Source: an uncultured delta proteobacterium
Lineage (GTDB): Bacteria; Myxococcota; Myxococcia; Myxococcales; Myxococcaceae
Reading direction: 5' to 3'
Assembly: GCA_963771175.1 (NCBI GenBank)
Contig: CAVYSY010000026.1
Coordinates: 384,001 to 448,000 of the forward strand
Length of the DNA stretch: 64,000 nt
In this document: positions 62,084-64,000 of the stretch, in pieces
Layout: each line of letters opens with the position of its first letter
How positions within the stretch are numbered: the stretch's first letter is position 1
Notes under the pieces: model-generated
Told to the model about the DNA's origin: nothing
The model's input: only the letters and a program-made list of their open reading frames with translations
Database searches by the model: none
Program-made: the position numbers and the translations under genes

Positions 62084-64000
62084 ATGTCCCAGCTCCTCCA
62101 GGATGTCCGCTTCGCCCTGCGTCGGATGCGGCGCGAGCTCGCCTTCACGCTGGTGGTGGTGGCCACGCTCGCCCTGGCCATTGGCGCCACCACCGCCGTC
62201 TTCAGCGTCGTCTATCAGGTGCTGCTGCGACCACTGCCCTACCCCGAACCGGAGCAGCTCGTGCGGCTGTTCCAGTCCACGCCGCAGCGTGAGCGCATGG
62301 GCCTGACGTACCTGTCCCTGCAGGGCTGGCGTGAGCATTCGCGCGCCTTCCAGGCCATGGAGGGATTGAGCCTCTGGGACCTCACCCTGACCGGAGAGGA
62401 AGGACCGGCGGACCGGGTGCGTGCGGGACGCGTGACGGCGGGACTGCTGCCCCTGTTGGGGGTGACACCGGAGCTCGGTCAGCCCTTCGGCGCGGAGACG
62501 GAGGTTCCTGGACGAGACCTCGTGGTGCTCCTCTCCCATGCGCTGTGGCAGGGCCGCTTCGGCGGAAGCCGGGACGTCGTGGGCCGGACGCTCACCCTCA
62601 ACGGACAGCCCCACACGGTGGTGGGGGTGCTGCCGGCCTCCTTCCACTTCGCTCCGGACGTGGACGTGTGGAAGCCGCTGGCCCCGAACCCGGCCGTGGG
62701 GGAGGACCCGCGGGGCATCTACCTGCGAGCAGTGGGACGGCTGCGGCCCGGCGTTTCCTTGGAGCAGGCACGGGCGGAGTTGGAGGGAGTGGCCGCATCA
62801 CTGGCACGCGAGGAGGCGTACGCCGGAGAGGCCCCGGGAGTGCGCGTGGTGCCGCTGCAGGCCCAGGTGGTGGAGGGCGCGCGGGAGCAGCTCTGGTTGC
62901 TGGCGGGGATCATGGCCCTGGTGCTGCTCGTGGCCTGCGCCAACGTGGCCAACCTGCTGCTGGCCCGCGCCAACGCGCGCGAGCGGGAAGTGTCGGTGCG
63001 CGCGGCCCTGGGCGCGGGCCGCGCGCGGTTGATGCAGCAGTTCCTCGTGGAGAGCGTGATGCTCGCGCTCACGGGCGGGGCGGCGGGCCTGTTGCTCGCG
63101 CTGTGGGGCATGGACCTGATGCGGGCGCTGCTACCGCGGGAGGTGCTGACACCGGAGGCGGTACGGCTGGATGCGCACGTGCTGGCCATCGCCACGGGCC
63201 TGTCCCTGCTCACCAGTCTCCTGTTCGGGCTGGTGCCGGCGCTGCGGGCGGCGCGGGCCGATGGGCGCGGGGTGCTCGGAGGCGCGAGGGGAGGCCGGGG
63301 CTCCACCGGTCGCGGTGGCGCGCTGGCCGTGCTGGTGGTGGCGCAGGTGGCACTGGCGCTCGTGCCGCTGGTGGGAGCGGGGCTGATGCTGCGCACCCTC
63401 CACGCGCTGCAGGCGGTTCCGCTGGGCTTCGAGCCTCGGGACGTGCATGCCGCGGATGTGTTCCTGCCCAAGAACAAGTACCCGGAAGAAGCCCGCCAGC
63501 GCCTCCTCTTCTCGGAGCTGCTGGAGCGGGTACGGGCGATGCCCGGGGTACAATCCGCGAGCGTGGCCAGCACGGTGCCGCTGTGGGGACGCACCGGCGT
63601 CGCGCCAGTGCTCCTGCCGGGCGAGCCCACCTCGGCGGAGGAGACCCGCGAGTACACCCAGTTCCGCGCCGTGAGTGACGACTACTTCGTCACGATGGGC
63701 ATTCCGTTGAAGGCGGGGCGCGTGCTCGAAACCTCGGACGGTCCGAGCACCCCCCCGGTCATGGTCGTCAACGAGACCTTCGCGCGGCGCTACTTCCCCG
63801 GGGCGAGCGCGCTGGGGCAGCGGGGGAAGCTGTCCGTCGACGGAGAGTCCTTCCGCGAAGTGGTGGGCGTGGTGGGCGACACCCATCATGACAGCCTCGG
63901 CGAGGCGCCGCCCGCCGAGGTGTACCTGCCCATGGGACAGTTTCCCGTGCTGTACATGGTGCTCGCCGTGCGCTCCACGCAGGACACGGCGATGCTGGCG
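62084..64000 (+). CDS. ABC transporter permease (MacB/FtsX-type, ADOP duplicated family); runs off the window
   Basis: QDVRFALRRM..TLALAIGATTAVFSVV..VLLVACANVANLLLARA..REVSVRAALGAGR; no stop before the window end, so absent from the ORF track. Confidence 0.92.
   Translation, partial: MSQLLQDVRFALRRMRRELAFTLVVVATLALAIGATTAVFSVVYQVLLRPLPYPEPEQLVRLFQSTPQRERMGLTYLSLQGWREHSRAFQAMEGLSLWDLTLTGEEGPADRVRAGRVTAGLLPLLGVTPELGQPFGAETEVPGRDLVVLLSHALWQGRFGGSRDVVGRTLTLNGQPHTVVGVLPASFHFAPDVDVWKPLAPNPAVGEDPRGIYLRAVGRLRPGVSLEQARAELEGVAASLAREEAYAGEAPGVRVVPLQAQVVEGAREQLWLLAGIMALVLLVACANVANLLLARANAREREVSVRAALGAGRARLMQQFLVESVMLALTGGAAGLLLALWGMDLMRALLPREVLTPEAVRLDAHVLAIATGLSLLTSLLFGLVPALRAARADGRGVLGGARGGRGSTGRGGALAVLVVAQVALALVPLVGAGLMLRTLHALQAVPLGFEPRDVHAADVFLPKNKYPEEARQRLLFSELLERVRAMPGVQSASVASTVPLWGRTGVAPVLLPGEPTSAEETREYTQFRAVSDDYFVTMGIPLKAGRVLETSDGPSTPPVMVVNETFARRYFPGASALGQRGKLSVDGESFREVVGVVGDTHHDSLGEAPPAEVYLPMGQFPVLYMVLAVRSTQDTAMLA

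Overview
High-GC (myxobacterial, Archangium/Cystobacter-like by gene content) chromosomal window with about 55 genes. Many carry single-base frameshifts, including the housekeeping genes coaA and rimO, so these are most likely assembly errors. Core or metabolic genes: argJ, coaA, proline dehydrogenase, rnj, yajQ, rimO, an acyltransferase, two LysR modules, MFS, MMPL and ABC transporters. Accessory content: many lipoproteins, an orphan GltG/AgmX-like FHA-TonB_C protein, an ECF sigma/anti-sigma/exported caspase/lipoprotein operon, a low-GC island of IS91/IS3/IS701 remnants with orphan toxin-tail/immunity cassettes, a yehQ-DUF5691-yehL-yehM-yehP-like MoxR/VWA operon, and a SitA-like lipoprotein toxin-immunity pair. 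The most striking feature is at the left edge: a ClpA-type AAA+ ATPase that keeps the ClpP-docking IGF loop and is fused to a full-length RF2 homologue lacking both the GGQ and SPF motifs. It is a candidate ribosome-linked unfoldase/quality-control factor. A ~85-bp palindromic REP-like element occurs twice. No rRNA, tRNA or CRISPR array was seen. All assignments are by eye; no searches were run.
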